Positions 22,688 to 33,737 are shown, numbered from the stretch's first letter. The stretch is DNA of 64,000 nucleotides from an uncultured Verrucomicrobiae bacterium (GCA_963813025.1 CAWEXO010000011.1:608001-672000); one strand, 5' to 3'. Notes: generated by a model from the sequence alone, not told the origin. Numbers and translations: made by a program.

Positions 22688-23650
22688 ATGCCTAAAGTAC
22701 TTGTGACTGACAAGATTCAGCAAGCTGGTCTCGATGTCTTAGCTCAACGCAGCGGTCTCGTGCTTGATCGCTGCTGGGATCGACCGAGCGAGGAAGAGCT
22801 GGTTGATCGAATCCGTGATGTCGATGCTCTTCTGGTGGGCACAACGCCGATCACGGCAAAGATCATCGATGCCGGACGTCAACTGAAAGTAGTTTCGCGG
22901 CGCGGTGTAGGCTACGACAATATCGATTTGGCTGCCTTGCGGCGGCGCGGAATTCCGCTGGCGATCGTTGGTTTGGCCAATGCGTCCGCTGTGGCAGAGC
23001 ATACGCTCTCGTTTATCCTGGCGCTGACAAAACAATTGATGGCCTACGACCGCGCAGTCAGAAGCAGCAACTGGGACTTTCGAAACACCCTGGTCGCCAA
23101 TGATGTACTGGGAAAGATTTTGTTACTGGTTGGCTTGGGCCGGGTCGGCCGCGCAGTTGCTGTTCGTGCAGCTGCTTTTGGCATGCGGGTGATGGGTTAT
23201 GATCCGTTTGTTCCGGAAGCTGCATTTCGTGAAGTGAAGATTGAACCGATTACGGATCTCGTTCAGGGATTGGCTGCGTGTGATTTCCTCAGTGTGCATG
23301 TACCATTGACCCCGGAAACCTGTGGATTGATCGGGCGGAAACAGCTCGCGGCCATGAAGCCGACCGCTTTCGTGGTGTCCACGGCTCGAGGTGGGGTGCT
23401 TGACGAAGTAGAGCTCGTCAATGCGTTACGGACGGGGCTCATTCGAGGAGCAGGATTGGACGTTTTTGCTGAGGAGCCGCTTCCGCCGAATCACCCGTTA
23501 ATCGAATTGGACAATGTAATCCTGTCGCCGCACGTGGCGGCGCTGAGCTGGGAGTGTGCCCGGCGGATGGACGAAGTGGCAGCCCAGAACTGCCTCGACG
23601 CCATCGATGGGAAGCTGGATCGGGCACTGACTGTTCCGAATGAAGAATAA
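22688..23650 (+). CDS. D-isomer-specific 2-hydroxyacid dehydrogenase (PGDH-like)
   Basis: GVGYDNID, AVAEH, GLGRVG, TARGG, LDVFAEEP, SPHVA. Confidence 0.92.
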   Translation: MPKVLVTDKIQQAGLDVLAQRSGLVLDRCWDRPSEEELVDRIRDVDALLVGTTPITAKIIDAGRQLKVVSRRGVGYDNIDLAALRRRGIPLAIVGLANASAVAEHTLSFILALTKQLMAYDRAVRSSNWDFRNTLVANDVLGKILLLVGLGRVGRAVAVRAAAFGMRVMGYDPFVPEAAFREVKIEPITDLVQGLAACDFLSVHVPLTPETCGLIGRKQLAAMKPTAFVVSTARGGVLDEVELVNALRTGLIRGAGLDVFAEEPLPPNHPLIELDNVILSPHVAALSWECARRMDEVAAQNCLDAIDGKLDRALTVPNEE

Positions 23651-23699
23651 GCCCCGGTTTCGCAAACCACCATAATGGCGGCCGGCGTATTCATTGTCT

Positions 23700-24109
23700 T
23701 CAGGGCGGGAAGTTTTTCAGATAGTCACGGATTTCATTTCGTACTCGGCGAAACAGCTCCAAGCGTTTTTTCTCCGTGCCTTGAAACGCCGCCGGCTCAT
23801 CAAAAGCGTGGTGAAGTCGTTTTTGCCTGACCGGGAAAGACCGGGCAGCTTTCCTTGGCCTTGTCGCACACCGTGAGCACGTAATCAAAAGATTGACCCT
23901 GAAACTCGTCCACGTGCTTCGAGCGATGAGTGGAAATATCAATACCAAGCTCTTTCATCACTGCAATCGCTTCTGGTCTAAGGTGCCCCGGGTTTGTCCC
24001 GGCGCTTTCGACTTCGAAACGGTCGGGCCGCATCATGAAGGAGCAATCCTTCAGCCATCTGGCTGCGGGCGGAATTCCCGGTGCAGAGAATCAAAACGCG
24101 TTTCTTCAT
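23700..24109 (-). CDS. arsC: Arsenate reductase, LMW-PTP/thioredoxin type (frameshifted)
   Basis: MKKRVLILCTGNSARSQMAEG, VESAGT, LTVCDKAKESCPVFPG, FRRVRNEI. Confidence 0.88.
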
Positions 24110-24156
24110 GATCTTTCTCCAACCACCGTTTCAGTCATGATTACCCCAGCGCGGAG

Positions 24157-25011
24157 CTAAAATGAAGGCACCGTCACTTTCGATTCGGCGGGCTTGCTCG
24201 CACGGACAAAGGCGCTGAGAAACTTCCCGGCGACCTCTTTCGCCAGCTCATCGACGCTGTGGCCCCGAGCCGACAGGAAGCACCGCGCATCATCGATATT
24301 GTAGACACGCGTGGCCTCGATATCGATGTTCTCGAAACCCGCTTTGGCGAGTTTTGCGAGATAGTCATAATCGCTCAAAGCTCCGGCAACACAGCCCACC
24401 CAAAGCTCCATGCTTCGCTTGATTTTCGCAGGCACGTCGCCGCGGACGACGACATCGGAGACGGCAAAACGACCTCCCGGTTTAAGCACCCGAAACGCTT
24501 CCTGCAGTACGCGGTCTTTGTCGCCCGAAAGGTTGATGACACAGTTCGAGATGATGACATCCACCGAATTGCCAGGAAGCGGAATGTTCTCGATTTCGCC
24601 TTTCAGAAACTCGACGTTCGTTAAACCGCTTTTACTCTTATTCTCTTCCGCGAGCGCCAGCATCTCAGCGGTCATGTCGAGACCGAAGGCTTTCCCTGTC
24701 GGACCGACCCGGCGAGCGGAAAGCAGCACATCAATACCGCCGCCGGAGCCGAGATCGAGCACGGTTTCTCCTGACTTCAATTCAGCAAGCGCCGTGGGGT
24801 TACCGCAGCCCAGGGAGGCTTTGATGGCCGTGTCCGGCACTTCACCTTTCTGAGCCGGATCGTAGAGGTTTGAGGTTATCGGATCACATGACCCTTTCTG
24901 TGCCGGAGGACGGTCGTCGTCGCCGCAGCAACTGCCCGTGCCTGAGGCGGCTCGACGGGCCGCCTGTCCATACTTCTTCCGGACAACTTCTCTCACATTC
25001 GGCATACTCAT
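24157..25011 (-). CDS. arsM: Arsenite S-adenosylmethionine methyltransferase
   Basis: SLGCGNP, VLDLGSGGGID, IISNCVINL, WVGCVAGA and N-terminal CC. Confidence 0.92.
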   Translation of the reverse strand: MSMPNVREVVRKKYGQAARRAASGTGSCCGDDDRPPAQKGSCDPITSNLYDPAQKGEVPDTAIKASLGCGNPTALAELKSGETVLDLGSGGGIDVLLSARRVGPTGKAFGLDMTAEMLALAEENKSKSGLTNVEFLKGEIENIPLPGNSVDVIISNCVINLSGDKDRVLQEAFRVLKPGGRFAVSDVVVRGDVPAKIKRSMELWVGCVAGALSDYDYLAKLAKAGFENIDIEATRVYNIDDARCFLSARGHSVDELAKEVAGKFLSAFVRASKPAESKVTVPSF

Positions 25012-25025
25012 TGGGTAGTTCTTTC

Positions 25026-25373
25026 CTAGCGGCAGACGGAGACAATCTTCTGAGGTTCGATGGCCTTGTTGCGCGTGCAGCATTCCGCGTAGAGAAACCG
25101 AAGCAGTTCTTGAAGCCTTTCGGCGTTGGCCGAATACCAGAGAAATGTCCCTTCGCGGCGGACCTTCACCAGCTCCTCGATTTTCAGCTTATCGAGATGG
25201 TGCGAAAGCGTGGAGCTGGGAATTTCGAGTTCATTGCCGATCTCACGAACAATCATGCCGTCCGGATATGCTGAAAGAAGCAGCTGCATGATCCGCAGCC
25301 GCGGCTCAGCGCCCATGGCCGAAAGCATTTCGGCATAACGAGTTACCTGTTCGAGACTCTGTTTTCTAATCAT
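25026..25373 (-). CDS. arsR: ArsR family repressor with C-terminal CC site
   Basis: RLRIMQLL, STLSHHL, LYAECC; first gene of arsR-arsM-arsC. Confidence 0.88.
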   Translation of the reverse strand: MIRKQSLEQVTRYAEMLSAMGAEPRLRIMQLLLSAYPDGMIVREIGNELEIPSSTLSHHLDKLKIEELVKVRREGTFLWYSANAERLQELLRFLYAECCTRNKAIEPQKIVSVCR

Positions 25374-25393
25374 CAACCGCCGGGCTGCCTCAA

Positions 25394-25415
25394 TACTTCC
25401 ACAAGTATCGAAATA
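25394..25415. promoter_or_regulatory. Probable ArsR operator (imperfect inverted repeat)
   Basis: TACTTCCACAAGTATCGAAATA, 20 bp upstream of arsR, next to a minus-strand TTGACT. Confidence 0.5.
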
Positions 25416-25507
25416 CATGAGCGAGTCAAGCGACGTTTCAAGCATTCCTGTTCAAGGGCCCTCACCTATGCTAAAACTAGATCAACCCTATACCCCCTAG
25501 ACTAAGC

Positions 25508-26764
25508 ATGAAAATCTTCGATCCGAGGGTCATCTGTACGGCTGCATGTTTCCTGCTTGCCGGATCACTGAGTTCCGCGAAGACCTTGACCGTCCTCCTT
25601 TTGGCCAATGCCAGTACGCAAGATGTGATGCAAAAGTTTCTCAAGGAGTATGGACAGAACCATCCGGGGATTGATTTCAACGTATCGATTGTGCAATACA
25701 GCGCGCTCACCGCGAAGATCAATACGCTTGTTACCGCCGGTGAGCCTCCCGATATTCTGGAGGTAACAACGTCTTATATTCAGACGTTTGCCGAACAAGC
25801 CCTCGATTTGGCCAAGTACACAAACGGACCCGATCTGTTAAATCGGTACCTGCCAAGTTACCAGCCTTTCATCAGGTCGGAAAATAGAGTGATCGGAATT
25901 CCGATCGAAGCCACGGTCAATGGCCTTTTCTATAACAAGGAACTTTTTAAGGAAGCGGGCGCAAATGTACCAACGGATGCGGGTCACGTTTGGACCTGGC
26001 AAGAATTCAAGGACACGGTTCAAAAGGTAATGAAACTGCCATCCTGCCGGATTGGAGTGGCCTTCGATTGCAGCGTGCAGCGTTGGTCCAACCTGCTTTA
26101 CCAGGCAAACGGCCGCTGGATTTCCCCCGATGGGAAGACAATCCTGCCGGATCGGGCCGCGGCTAAACATGCGCTGACTTATTTCCGCAGCTTGATCGAG
26201 GCAAAGCTTGTCCCCGGTTCTTCCTGGCCGGGTAAGACGGACGGAGGTCCACTCTTCCAGACCGGCGTTACCGCGCTCATGTGGGCTGGAAACTGGGAAT
26301 TAAAAACGCTCCTGGGAAGCGGACCATCCTTCGCGTTTGGCACCACCTACTTCCCCAAGGATGCGATAAGAGCCGCGTGTCCTGGAGGCGAGTTTTTGAT
26401 CGGGTTCAGCAAATCGCCGAATCATGACGATGCGGCGAAGGTATTGCTCTGGTGGGCCGAGCCATCCACGACAAAGCGTTATCTCGAAAGCCTCGGAGGT
26501 TCTCTCCTGAGTCCGATCAAAGACTTACCGATCAATTACGGAAAGTACGCCGAATACCTGAAGCCGATGCTGGACGATTTAGCGGTAACGCCGCAGTGGG
26601 TTTCGGAGGATCTGGCCAAGCCCGCTCTCAACCTTTTGCAGAATGACTTGCTCGATCAGTTGATCCTCTTCTCCACCGGAAGGAAGCCGCTGAACGACAC
26701 GATCGCCGAGATTGAAAACCTGGGCTCCGGCGTTCTGCAACAGAATAAACCCGTAAGCAAATAG
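25508..26764 (+). CDS. Carbohydrate ABC substrate-binding protein (CUT1)
   Basis: Signal peptide, AGEPPDI, LFYNKELFKEAG, WTWQEF. Confidence 0.88.
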   Translation: MKIFDPRVICTAACFLLAGSLSSAKTLTVLLLANASTQDVMQKFLKEYGQNHPGIDFNVSIVQYSALTAKINTLVTAGEPPDILEVTTSYIQTFAEQALDLAKYTNGPDLLNRYLPSYQPFIRSENRVIGIPIEATVNGLFYNKELFKEAGANVPTDAGHVWTWQEFKDTVQKVMKLPSCRIGVAFDCSVQRWSNLLYQANGRWISPDGKTILPDRAAAKHALTYFRSLIEAKLVPGSSWPGKTDGGPLFQTGVTALMWAGNWELKTLLGSGPSFAFGTTYFPKDAIRAACPGGEFLIGFSKSPNHDDAAKVLLWWAEPSTTKRYLESLGGSLLSPIKDLPINYGKYAEYLKPMLDDLAVTPQWVSEDLAKPALNLLQNDLLDQLILFSTGRKPLNDTIAEIENLGSGVLQQNKPVSK

Positions 26765-26772
26765 CAGCGGTT

Positions 26773-27696
26773 ATGAATTCGCCGGATAACGCAATCTCCA
26801 CACTGCCGACGGCATCCTCGTCGCGCGTGAAAGTTCCGTTCCAATGGGCGCCTTACCTGTTTTTGCTTCCCACGGTCGGCATCATGGCTCTTTTCAGCTT
26901 ATATCCGATGCTTTACGGCATTTGGATGTCACTACACGACTTTGATGTTATTCACGGGACATTCAGGTTTATCGGGCTAGGAAATTACCTCAAACTGTTT
27001 CACGACGCGCAATTTGGTCAGAGTGTGGTGAATACCGCCTGGTACACGCTCACAGTGGTCCCGCTAATTGTCGCGGGAAGTGTCGCGATCGCCGTGTTTC
27101 TCCGCGAAAGCAGACCGGCGCGGTTGGTCGCTCGCGTCGGTTTTTACATCCCGTTTGTTTTGTCGCCGGTCGTGGTGGCGACTTCCTGGAAATGGCTTTT
27201 GAACGAAGATCTCGGCGTGATCGATGGATTCCTGAAGTGGGCGGGAGCTTCCACGATTCCGTGGTTGACGTCCGACCTTTCCGCGCGAGTTAGCGTTGTA
27301 CTCATCAGCGTCTGGAATCTCGTCGGGTTTTATATGCTCATGGTCTTGGCCGGTTTAAGTCAGATCAGCCCGGACCTCTACGAAGCGGCCCGAATTGAAG
27401 GCGCTACCCGGTGGCAGCAATTTTGGCGAATTACCCTGCCGATGCTGAGGCCCACGCTTCTGTTGGTCCTTATCCTCGCCACGATTCACGCTACTCAAGC
27501 TTTTGAGATGATCCTGCTGCTCACGGCGGGAGGACCGGGCGACGCGACGCGGCTCGTGGTGCAGAATATGTATCAATCTGCCTTTGGACGTCTCCAGCCC
27601 GGCTATGGTGTGGCCCAGGCCGTTGTCCTGCTGCCGGTGATCCTGATAGTCGCCTGGCTGCAGATGCGGCTCTTCAAAAAGGAGGGGATCATTTAG
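26773..27696 (+). CDS. Carbohydrate ABC permease (MalF-like)
   Basis: FIGLGNY, LYEAARIEGATRWQQFWRITLP. Confidence 0.92.
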   Translation: MNSPDNAISTLPTASSSRVKVPFQWAPYLFLLPTVGIMALFSLYPMLYGIWMSLHDFDVIHGTFRFIGLGNYLKLFHDAQFGQSVVNTAWYTLTVVPLIVAGSVAIAVFLRESRPARLVARVGFYIPFVLSPVVVATSWKWLLNEDLGVIDGFLKWAGASTIPWLTSDLSARVSVVLISVWNLVGFYMLMVLAGLSQISPDLYEAARIEGATRWQQFWRITLPMLRPTLLLVLILATIHATQAFEMILLLTAGGPGDATRLVVQNMYQSAFGRLQPGYGVAQAVVLLPVILIVAWLQMRLFKKEGII

Positions 27697-27830
27697 TGCC
27701 AGTGTCAGTGCTAGTGCCAACGGGAGCGCTGCTCGCCGGTGATGCGTCAATTCAGATATGCACCGTCCACTGGGACCGTCTGGCCGGCCGGCATTGTTAA
27801 ACGCAACACCATGCCATTATTTATGAAACG

Positions 27831-28679
27831 GTGCACGATGTGAACAGAGACAAGCAAGCGAGCAGGAATCTCGGGAAAGCCGTCTACGATTGTTGTGCGA
27901 TCGTTGTTTGCCTCATTTTCCTGATTCCGGTGATTTGGGTTCTTTTTTCCGCGTTTCAACTACCGAAGCATCTGTTTACCTTTCCACCAAGTTTTGATCC
28001 CCGGCAATTTAGCTGGATTAACTTTAAGACCGTCTTTGCGACCGGCGACGTGCCGCGCTATGCGATGAATTCGCTGATTGTGGCGACATCGAGCAGCCTG
28101 ATCACTGTCCTGGCGAGTTCTATGGCAGGATTCGCGCTCGCGAAATATCGGTTTTTGGGGCGCCATGTTATCTTTCTGCTGATCATTAGTGTGCTTTTAG
28201 TTCCGTTGCAGGTCTTAATGGTGCCGGTTTTTCTGATTTTGAAAGCCTTGGGTTGGATTAACAGTTTGATTGGTATCATCATTCCGCCGGCGGCTACAGC
28301 GACGGGAACATTCATGATGCGCCAGTACATCCTGGGCATTCCGGATGAGTTGCTGGAAGCTGCTCGCATGGACGGCGCTTCGGATTGGAAAATCTATTGG
28401 CGCGTTATTCTACCACTATCCGCTCCAGCTTTGGGAGCGGTCGGAATTCTGAGCTTCACCTGGCGCTGGAATGATTATCTGTGGCCGTTGATCGTTATCA
28501 GTAACCAGAAGAACTTTACGTTGCAGCTTTCATTAGCCAACCTGGTAGGAACGAATACGGTTGAATGGGGCACCTTGCTGGCCTACGCCACCCTGGCGAT
28601 GCTGCCGGTCCTTGTTGTCTTCATTTGCTTTCAGCGGTATTTTCTAAAGGGATCGCTGAGCGGAGGCGTTAAAGGATAG
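27831..28679 (+). CDS. Carbohydrate ABC permease (MalG-like)
   Basis: IPDELLEAARMDGAS, WNDYLWPL, FQRYF. Confidence 0.92.
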   Translation: MHDVNRDKQASRNLGKAVYDCCAIVVCLIFLIPVIWVLFSAFQLPKHLFTFPPSFDPRQFSWINFKTVFATGDVPRYAMNSLIVATSSSLITVLASSMAGFALAKYRFLGRHVIFLLIISVLLVPLQVLMVPVFLILKALGWINSLIGIIIPPAATATGTFMMRQYILGIPDELLEAARMDGASDWKIYWRVILPLSAPALGAVGILSFTWRWNDYLWPLIVISNQKNFTLQLSLANLVGTNTVEWGTLLAYATLAMLPVLVVFICFQRYFLKGSLSGGVKG

Positions 28680-28783
28680 ACTTGGCATTCCCAGTGGCTG
28701 GCAATGCCATAGCTAGACGTATTTCGTCTGCGGACGGCTTGAAGGGAGCGGACGAGTCCGCAATAGGAGTAGGCAGAGCCCAA

Positions 28784-29074
28784 TCACCCAAGGTACTCAA
28801 CTTGATTGTTCTTGTCGCGCACCGCCACGGACGCGCCCGGATCGGCAAGCAGCAGAGTCAGTGCCGAACCGTCCGCAAAATTCAGCGTGAACTCTGCGCC
28901 GTCCTCCTGAATTGCCTTGATCGTACCGCCTGGAGGAATGTTTGCGATGCCAACCGTCTTCACTTTCATCGTCGACTGATCAGCGAACGAAATAATTACG
29001 TTGCCCGATTCAACGGTTGCAACGCGAACGGTTCGCCCTCCAATAACGTTCGTTAGCTTATTGTTTCTTGGCAT
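28784..29074 (-). CDS. Small hypothetical protein
   Basis: 96 aa ORF with protein-like composition and two similar halves (IISFADQS / TLNFADGS). Confidence 0.65.
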   Translation of the reverse strand: MPRNNKLTNVIGGRTVRVATVESGNVIISFADQSTMKVKTVGIANIPPGGTIKAIQEDGAEFTLNFADGSALTLLLADPGASVAVRDKNNQVEYLG

Positions 29075-29114
29075 AAACTATCGACCGGCCCTGCCCGCAG
29101 GCGAAAACCCGCTA

Positions 29115-29441
29115 TCAACAGCGTCGATCTCGGTCATGAACGTCCCCTCTGGTTCTTCCGTAAAACCGTGAACCCGGCCTCCAGTATTTGCCCGAGCGCG
29201 TGTTCACCCAGACTTCATCTGCGGAGGCGGTTTCGGCGGAAACCGGTAGCGCGCGCACCTGCGACGCCGGCGGCGTTTCGGCGACATACTTCTGATATGC
29301 TTTAATCCAGTGGGTAGCGATCTCATGCTGAGCGGTCTGGAGGTCGACCTTCTCGTTGCAGACGAGATTATACAGTCTTCGCTCCAGCACATCCTTCACA
29401 TACGCATTCCAGGGCGAAGTGTTGTATGATTGGCTCGGCAA
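29115..29441 (-). pseudogene. 5'-truncated gene fragment (C-terminal half of an HNH-like secreted protein plus a VWVNT..YG tail)
   Basis: QSYNTSPWNAYVKDVLERRLYNLVC...AQHEIATHWIKAY and VWVNTRSGKYWRPGSRFYG; no N-terminal part visible; family assignment from memory. Confidence 0.5.
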
Positions 29442-29555
29442 ACCCCCGCGCAGAAAAGCATATCGAGCGAAGCGGAGAAAGCCAAAAGAACTTTACGCTG
29501 CAGGTATCGATCGCCAATGTAACGAGAAGAGAGGAGGAAAGTTGGAGGATCGGGT

Positions 29556-30707
29556 ATGGAAACAGTAAGACTCGGAATTGTCGGCCTTGGATCGATGGGA
29601 TCCGTCCATGCGCGAGCCATCGCGGACGGCAAAGTGCCACGATGCCAATTAACCGCAGTGTGTGATCTGAAGGCTGAACGTCTTCAGGCGTTCTCATCGG
29701 CCGAAGGGTTTCTTTCCGTGAGCGATTTCCTGCGGTCATCGGAAACAGATGCGGTGCTGATTGCGACGCCACATTACTCTCACACGACGATCGGCATCCA
29801 GGCGCTCGGAACCGGCCGGCACGTGCTCGTTGAAAAACCTATTTCAGCTCACAAACTGGATGCCGAACGTTTGCTGGCGGCCCATCGCGGTACTAATCAA
29901 GTGTTTGCCGCAATGTTCAACCAGCGGACGGACCCTTTCTTTCTCAAGCTTCGTCAACTGGTGCAGTCCGGCGTTCTCGGGGCGATCAGGCGAGTCAGCT
30001 GGACGATTACCGACTGGTTTCGGACTGAAGCATATTACCAGTCGAGCGACTGGCGAGCTACTTGGGCCGGCGAAGGAGGCGGGGTTTTGCTGAACCAGTG
30101 TCCGCACAATCTGGATTTGTTCCAATGGATCTTCGGAATGCCTGAAACTGTCCGTGCCTTTTGCCATTTTGGCAGGTACCACGATATCGAAGTCGAGGAC
30201 CACGTGACGGCGTATCTTGAATACTCGAACGGGATGACGGCCGTATTTACCGCTTCAACGGGGGAAGCACCGGGGACGAACCGGCTCGAAGTGGCGGCTG
30301 AGCAAGGTAAAGTCATCATCGAAAATGATCAGTTTCTCTTTACACGCAACGAGGTGCCCATGAGCGAATTTTCGCGGACAGACCCAGGTCGCTTTTCGAC
30401 GCCTGCCACTTGGGATATCCGGATACCGATTGTTGGACACGGCCCACAGCACAATGGGATTCTCGCGAATTTTGCCGCGGCCATCCTGGACGGAGCGCCT
30501 TTGATTGCGCCTGCGCATGAAGGTATTTTTTCCTTGGAACTGGCAAACTCGTTTCTGCTCTCGAGTTTGGAAAATCGCTCAGTCCGACTTCCGCTGGACG
30601 GAGCATTGTTCGAAGAACATCTCAAAAAGCTGATCGGTTCATCTGATCGGCGGAAGCCGAAAGTTATCCGGGAAGTTTCCGACGACATGGCCAAATCTTT
30701 TCGGTGA
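29556..30707 (+). CDS. Gfo/Idh/MocA family oxidoreductase
   Basis: GIVGLGSMG, IATPH, VLVEKP, GGGVLLNQCPHNLD. Confidence 0.92.
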   Translation: METVRLGIVGLGSMGSVHARAIADGKVPRCQLTAVCDLKAERLQAFSSAEGFLSVSDFLRSSETDAVLIATPHYSHTTIGIQALGTGRHVLVEKPISAHKLDAERLLAAHRGTNQVFAAMFNQRTDPFFLKLRQLVQSGVLGAIRRVSWTITDWFRTEAYYQSSDWRATWAGEGGGVLLNQCPHNLDLFQWIFGMPETVRAFCHFGRYHDIEVEDHVTAYLEYSNGMTAVFTASTGEAPGTNRLEVAAEQGKVIIENDQFLFTRNEVPMSEFSRTDPGRFSTPATWDIRIPIVGHGPQHNGILANFAAAILDGAPLIAPAHEGIFSLELANSFLLSSLENRSVRLPLDGALFEEHLKKLIGSSDRRKPKVIREVSDDMAKSFR

Positions 30708-30729
30708 CGAAATGCGATCTTCTTAAATT

Positions 30730-31801
30730 ATGAGTCAAACAGGTTACGATTACGCTCCGAAAGGTAAACCCGCGCCCGTGTGCCGGCCGGGTGAATTTAA
30801 ATTTGCGGCCGTGGCTCTCGATCACGGCCACATTTATGGCCAGTGCAACGGGCTCGTGGAAGCAGGCGGCGAACTATGCTGGGTATTCGATCCCGATCCG
30901 CTCAAAGTCGAAGAGTTCCGCAAGAAATTTCCTCAAGTAAAGGTTGCCAAGGCGCTGGACCAGGTGCTGGAGGATCCTGGAATTCAACTCGCCGCGGCCG
31001 CCGCGATCCCGTCGGAGAGAGGGCCTCTCGGCGTGCAGGTGATGCGAGCCGGTAAACATTATTTTACCGATAAAACTCCATTCACTGAGCTGCGCGCAAC
31101 TTGCGGAGGCGCGACGGGTGGCGGCAGAGACTGGAAAGAAATACATGGTTTACTACAGCGAACGTCTCCATGTCGAATGCGCGGTGTTCGCCGGTGACTT
31201 AATTGAGCAAGGCGCGATCGGCCGGGTGGTCCAGGTCCTTGGGTTAGGGCCGCATCGCCTAAGCGCCGAATCACGGCCGACCTGGTTTTTTGAAAAGGCG
31301 AAGTACGGCGGAATCTTGTGCGACATCGGCAGCCATCAGATCGAGCAGTTCCTTTTCTACTCCGGAGCCTGCGACGCCACCGTCACTTCGGCGCGGGTTG
31401 CCAATTACGCAAATAAAGAGTACCCGGAACTGGAGGATTTTGGTGACGCAACGTTGGTTGCCGACAACGGTGCTGCCTCCTATTTCCGCGTGGATTGGTT
31501 AACCCCCGACGGCCTGCGCACGTGGGGCGATGGACGCACGTTATTCTCGGAACCAAGGGTTACATCGAGATGCGAAAGTATATTGACGTTGGTCGTGAGG
31601 CGCAGGGTGATCAGCTGTTTTTGGTTAACGAAGAAAGGCGAGCAACACTTCGCGCTCGCTGGAAAAGTCGGCTTTCCTTTCTTTGGCCGGTTAATTCTTG
31701 ATTGCCTGAACGGAACCGAAGCAGCGATGACCCAGGACCACGCATTCAAGGCGGCGGAGCTGTGTCTCAAGGCTCAGGCTGCTGCTCAACGCATCGAGTA
31801 A
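30730..31801 (+). CDS. Gfo/Idh/MocA family oxidoreductase (frameshifted)
   Basis: LDHGHIYG, YFTDKTP, YYSERL, GGILCDIGSHQIEQF spread over several frames. Confidence 0.85.
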
Positions 31802-32081
31802 GGCTTTTTCTCACACGCTGATCGTTGGGAGCGGTAGGGATAAGCTTCCGACTACGGACAAGCCTTCGTCGCGACTCGGATATGGAATGGCGCAAAAGTT
31901 CGACCGGAGGGGCATTAGTTAGGCTTGCGGAGGTGGCCTGCTCGCGGTAGGGATGAGTTCCTGCTCGTCCGGATCGGGATGTGATCCAACCTAAGAGGTC
32001 AAGCGGGAGCTTGCCCCTACCGATCCCGGGTATTGTGAGACGATCTCTTTATTCGAGCTGCTTTCGCAGTGGCATCAAGGA
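31801..32081. repeat. Composite REP/MITE-like repeat, copy 1
   Basis: GGTAGGGATRAG units, inverted AAGCGGGAGCTTGCCCCTACC and a TGTGAGACGATCTCTTTA end; colinear with 55004-55260. Confidence 0.8.
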
Positions 32082-32083
32082 GC

Positions 32084-33034
32084 TCACGTAGTCCCTACTT
32101 TGAGCAAAAGCTTTCCACTCGTCTTACGCGATTCGAGGTCGACCTGGGCGGCGCCTGCCTCCGCTAACGGGTAGACGTGGTGTATCCGCACCTGGAGCTC
32201 TTTTCGAGCCAACCGGTCGAAGAGTTTGTTGGCGCGCCCGAGTAATTCTTCACGATTAGCGATGTAGTGCGAAAGGCTCGGACGGGTTAAGAACAACGAT
32301 TTTGGCTGGAGCAGCGCAACATCGAAAGGCGGTACACGACCGCTCGATTGACCGAACAGAGCGAGCATTCCGCGAGGTCGCAACGATTCCAGGCTGCCGG
32401 CAAACGTCTGCGCCCCGACCGAATCATAGACTACATTGACGCCTTGGTTCTGAGTCGCCGCGCGCACGGCAGACGCAAAGTCCTCCTCCGTGTAGCGAAT
32501 CGCCAGATCAGCGCCTGCATTCCAGGCCAGCTGCGCTTTTTCTTCAGTCGAGACCGTGGTGAAGACTCGCGCTCCTTTGCGTTTAATCAGCTATATCAGG
32601 AGGAGGCCGACGCCGCCTGCGCCCGCATGAACGAGCGCCGTATCGCCGGCTTTCACCGGATACGTGCTCGCGGTCAGGTATTCAGCCGTCAAACCCTGCA
32701 AAAGGGCCTGCGGCGGTGGAGAGTTCAACCTCGTCGGGCACGGGGATAAGTTTCCAGGTCGGCACGGCGGCAAACTCGGCGTACGCGCCCGAAAAATCTG
32801 TCCAGCCACTCGCGTGCCCGGCGCGAGTTCTCCTCGCTCGACAACTCCGGCCCCCTCCATTCCTGGCGTGAAAGGCAGTGATACTTTGTAGAGGCGTTGA
32901 TAAATGTCCAGGAAATTCACTCCGGCCGCGTGCACGCGGACCAGGGATTCGCCTGGTTCCAATTCGGGCAAATCAATCTCTTCAATCTGCAGGACCTCGG
33001 GGCCACCGTGCGAATGAACTCGAATCGCTTTCAT
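32084..33034 (-). CDS. qor: NADPH:quinone oxidoreductase, zeta-crystallin family (frameshifted)
   Basis: MKAIRVHSHGGPEVL, AAGVNFLD, HAGAGGVG, VVYDSVG, FGQSSG, SLFLTRPSL. Confidence 0.88.
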
Positions 33035-33167
33035 GCTAGCAACGCTAACCTGAAAAACGCAGCAGTTCATTATAGTACGCAGGAGTGAGCGCGGTGAATT
33101 GGATGCAACGCGATCGGTCCAGATCTTTTGGCCGCGCCGCGCGAAGCCTGCTAATAGTGGAGTCACG

Positions 33168-33737
33168 ATGGGTATCAAATCGGACCAATGGATCCGCCGG
33201 ATGGCGCTCGAAAAATCCATGATTGATCCTTTCGCGAGTGCGCAGGTGCGTCGGAACGAAGCGGGTGGTTCGGTGATCAGCTACGGGCTGTCCAGCTACG
33301 GTTACGATCTGCGGGTCTCGACCGAGTTCAAGATTTTCATCAACGCATTTAACACCGTGGTCGATCCGAAAGCATTCGATGAAAAATCGTTTGTTGATCT
33401 GGACACCGATGTCTGCGTGGTGCCGCCGAACTCATTCGCCTTAGGTCGCAGTGTCGAATACTTCCGTATTCCGCGCGAAGTTCTGACGATTTGCCTGGGT
33501 AAATCAACCTATGCGCGCTGTGGAATCATTGTGAATGTCACCCCGCTTGAACCGGAATGGGAGGGACACGTGACTCTGGAGATTTCGAACACGACACCGC
33601 TGCCGGCGCGCGTATACGCCAATGAGGGCTTGGCTCAGGTGATTTTTCTGGAGGCGTCGGAAGTATGCGAGACGTCGTATGCCGATCGGTCGGGCAAGTA
33701 CATGGGACAACGCGGGATCACGGTGGCGAGAGGATGA
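33168..33737 (+). CDS. dcd: dCTP deaminase
   Basis: [41 protein letters not shown]. Confidence 0.96.
   Translation: MGIKSDQWIRRMALEKSMIDPFASAQVRRNEAGGSVISYGLSSYGYDLRVSTEFKIFINAFNTVVDPKAFDEKSFVDLDTDVCVVPPNSFALGRSVEYFRIPREVLTICLGKSTYARCGIIVNVTPLEPEWEGHVTLEISNTTPLPARVYANEGLAQVIFLEASEVCETSYADRSGKYMGQRGITVARG

Noticed and set aside
25508..28679. ABC operon lacking an ATPase
   Set aside because: CUT1 systems commonly share an MsmX/MalK-type ATPase encoded elsewhere
29420..29447. GGGGTTTGCCGAGCCAAT on the minus strand as the second Tn3 IR
   Set aside because: Does not match the IR at 19403-19440 and runs into coding sequence
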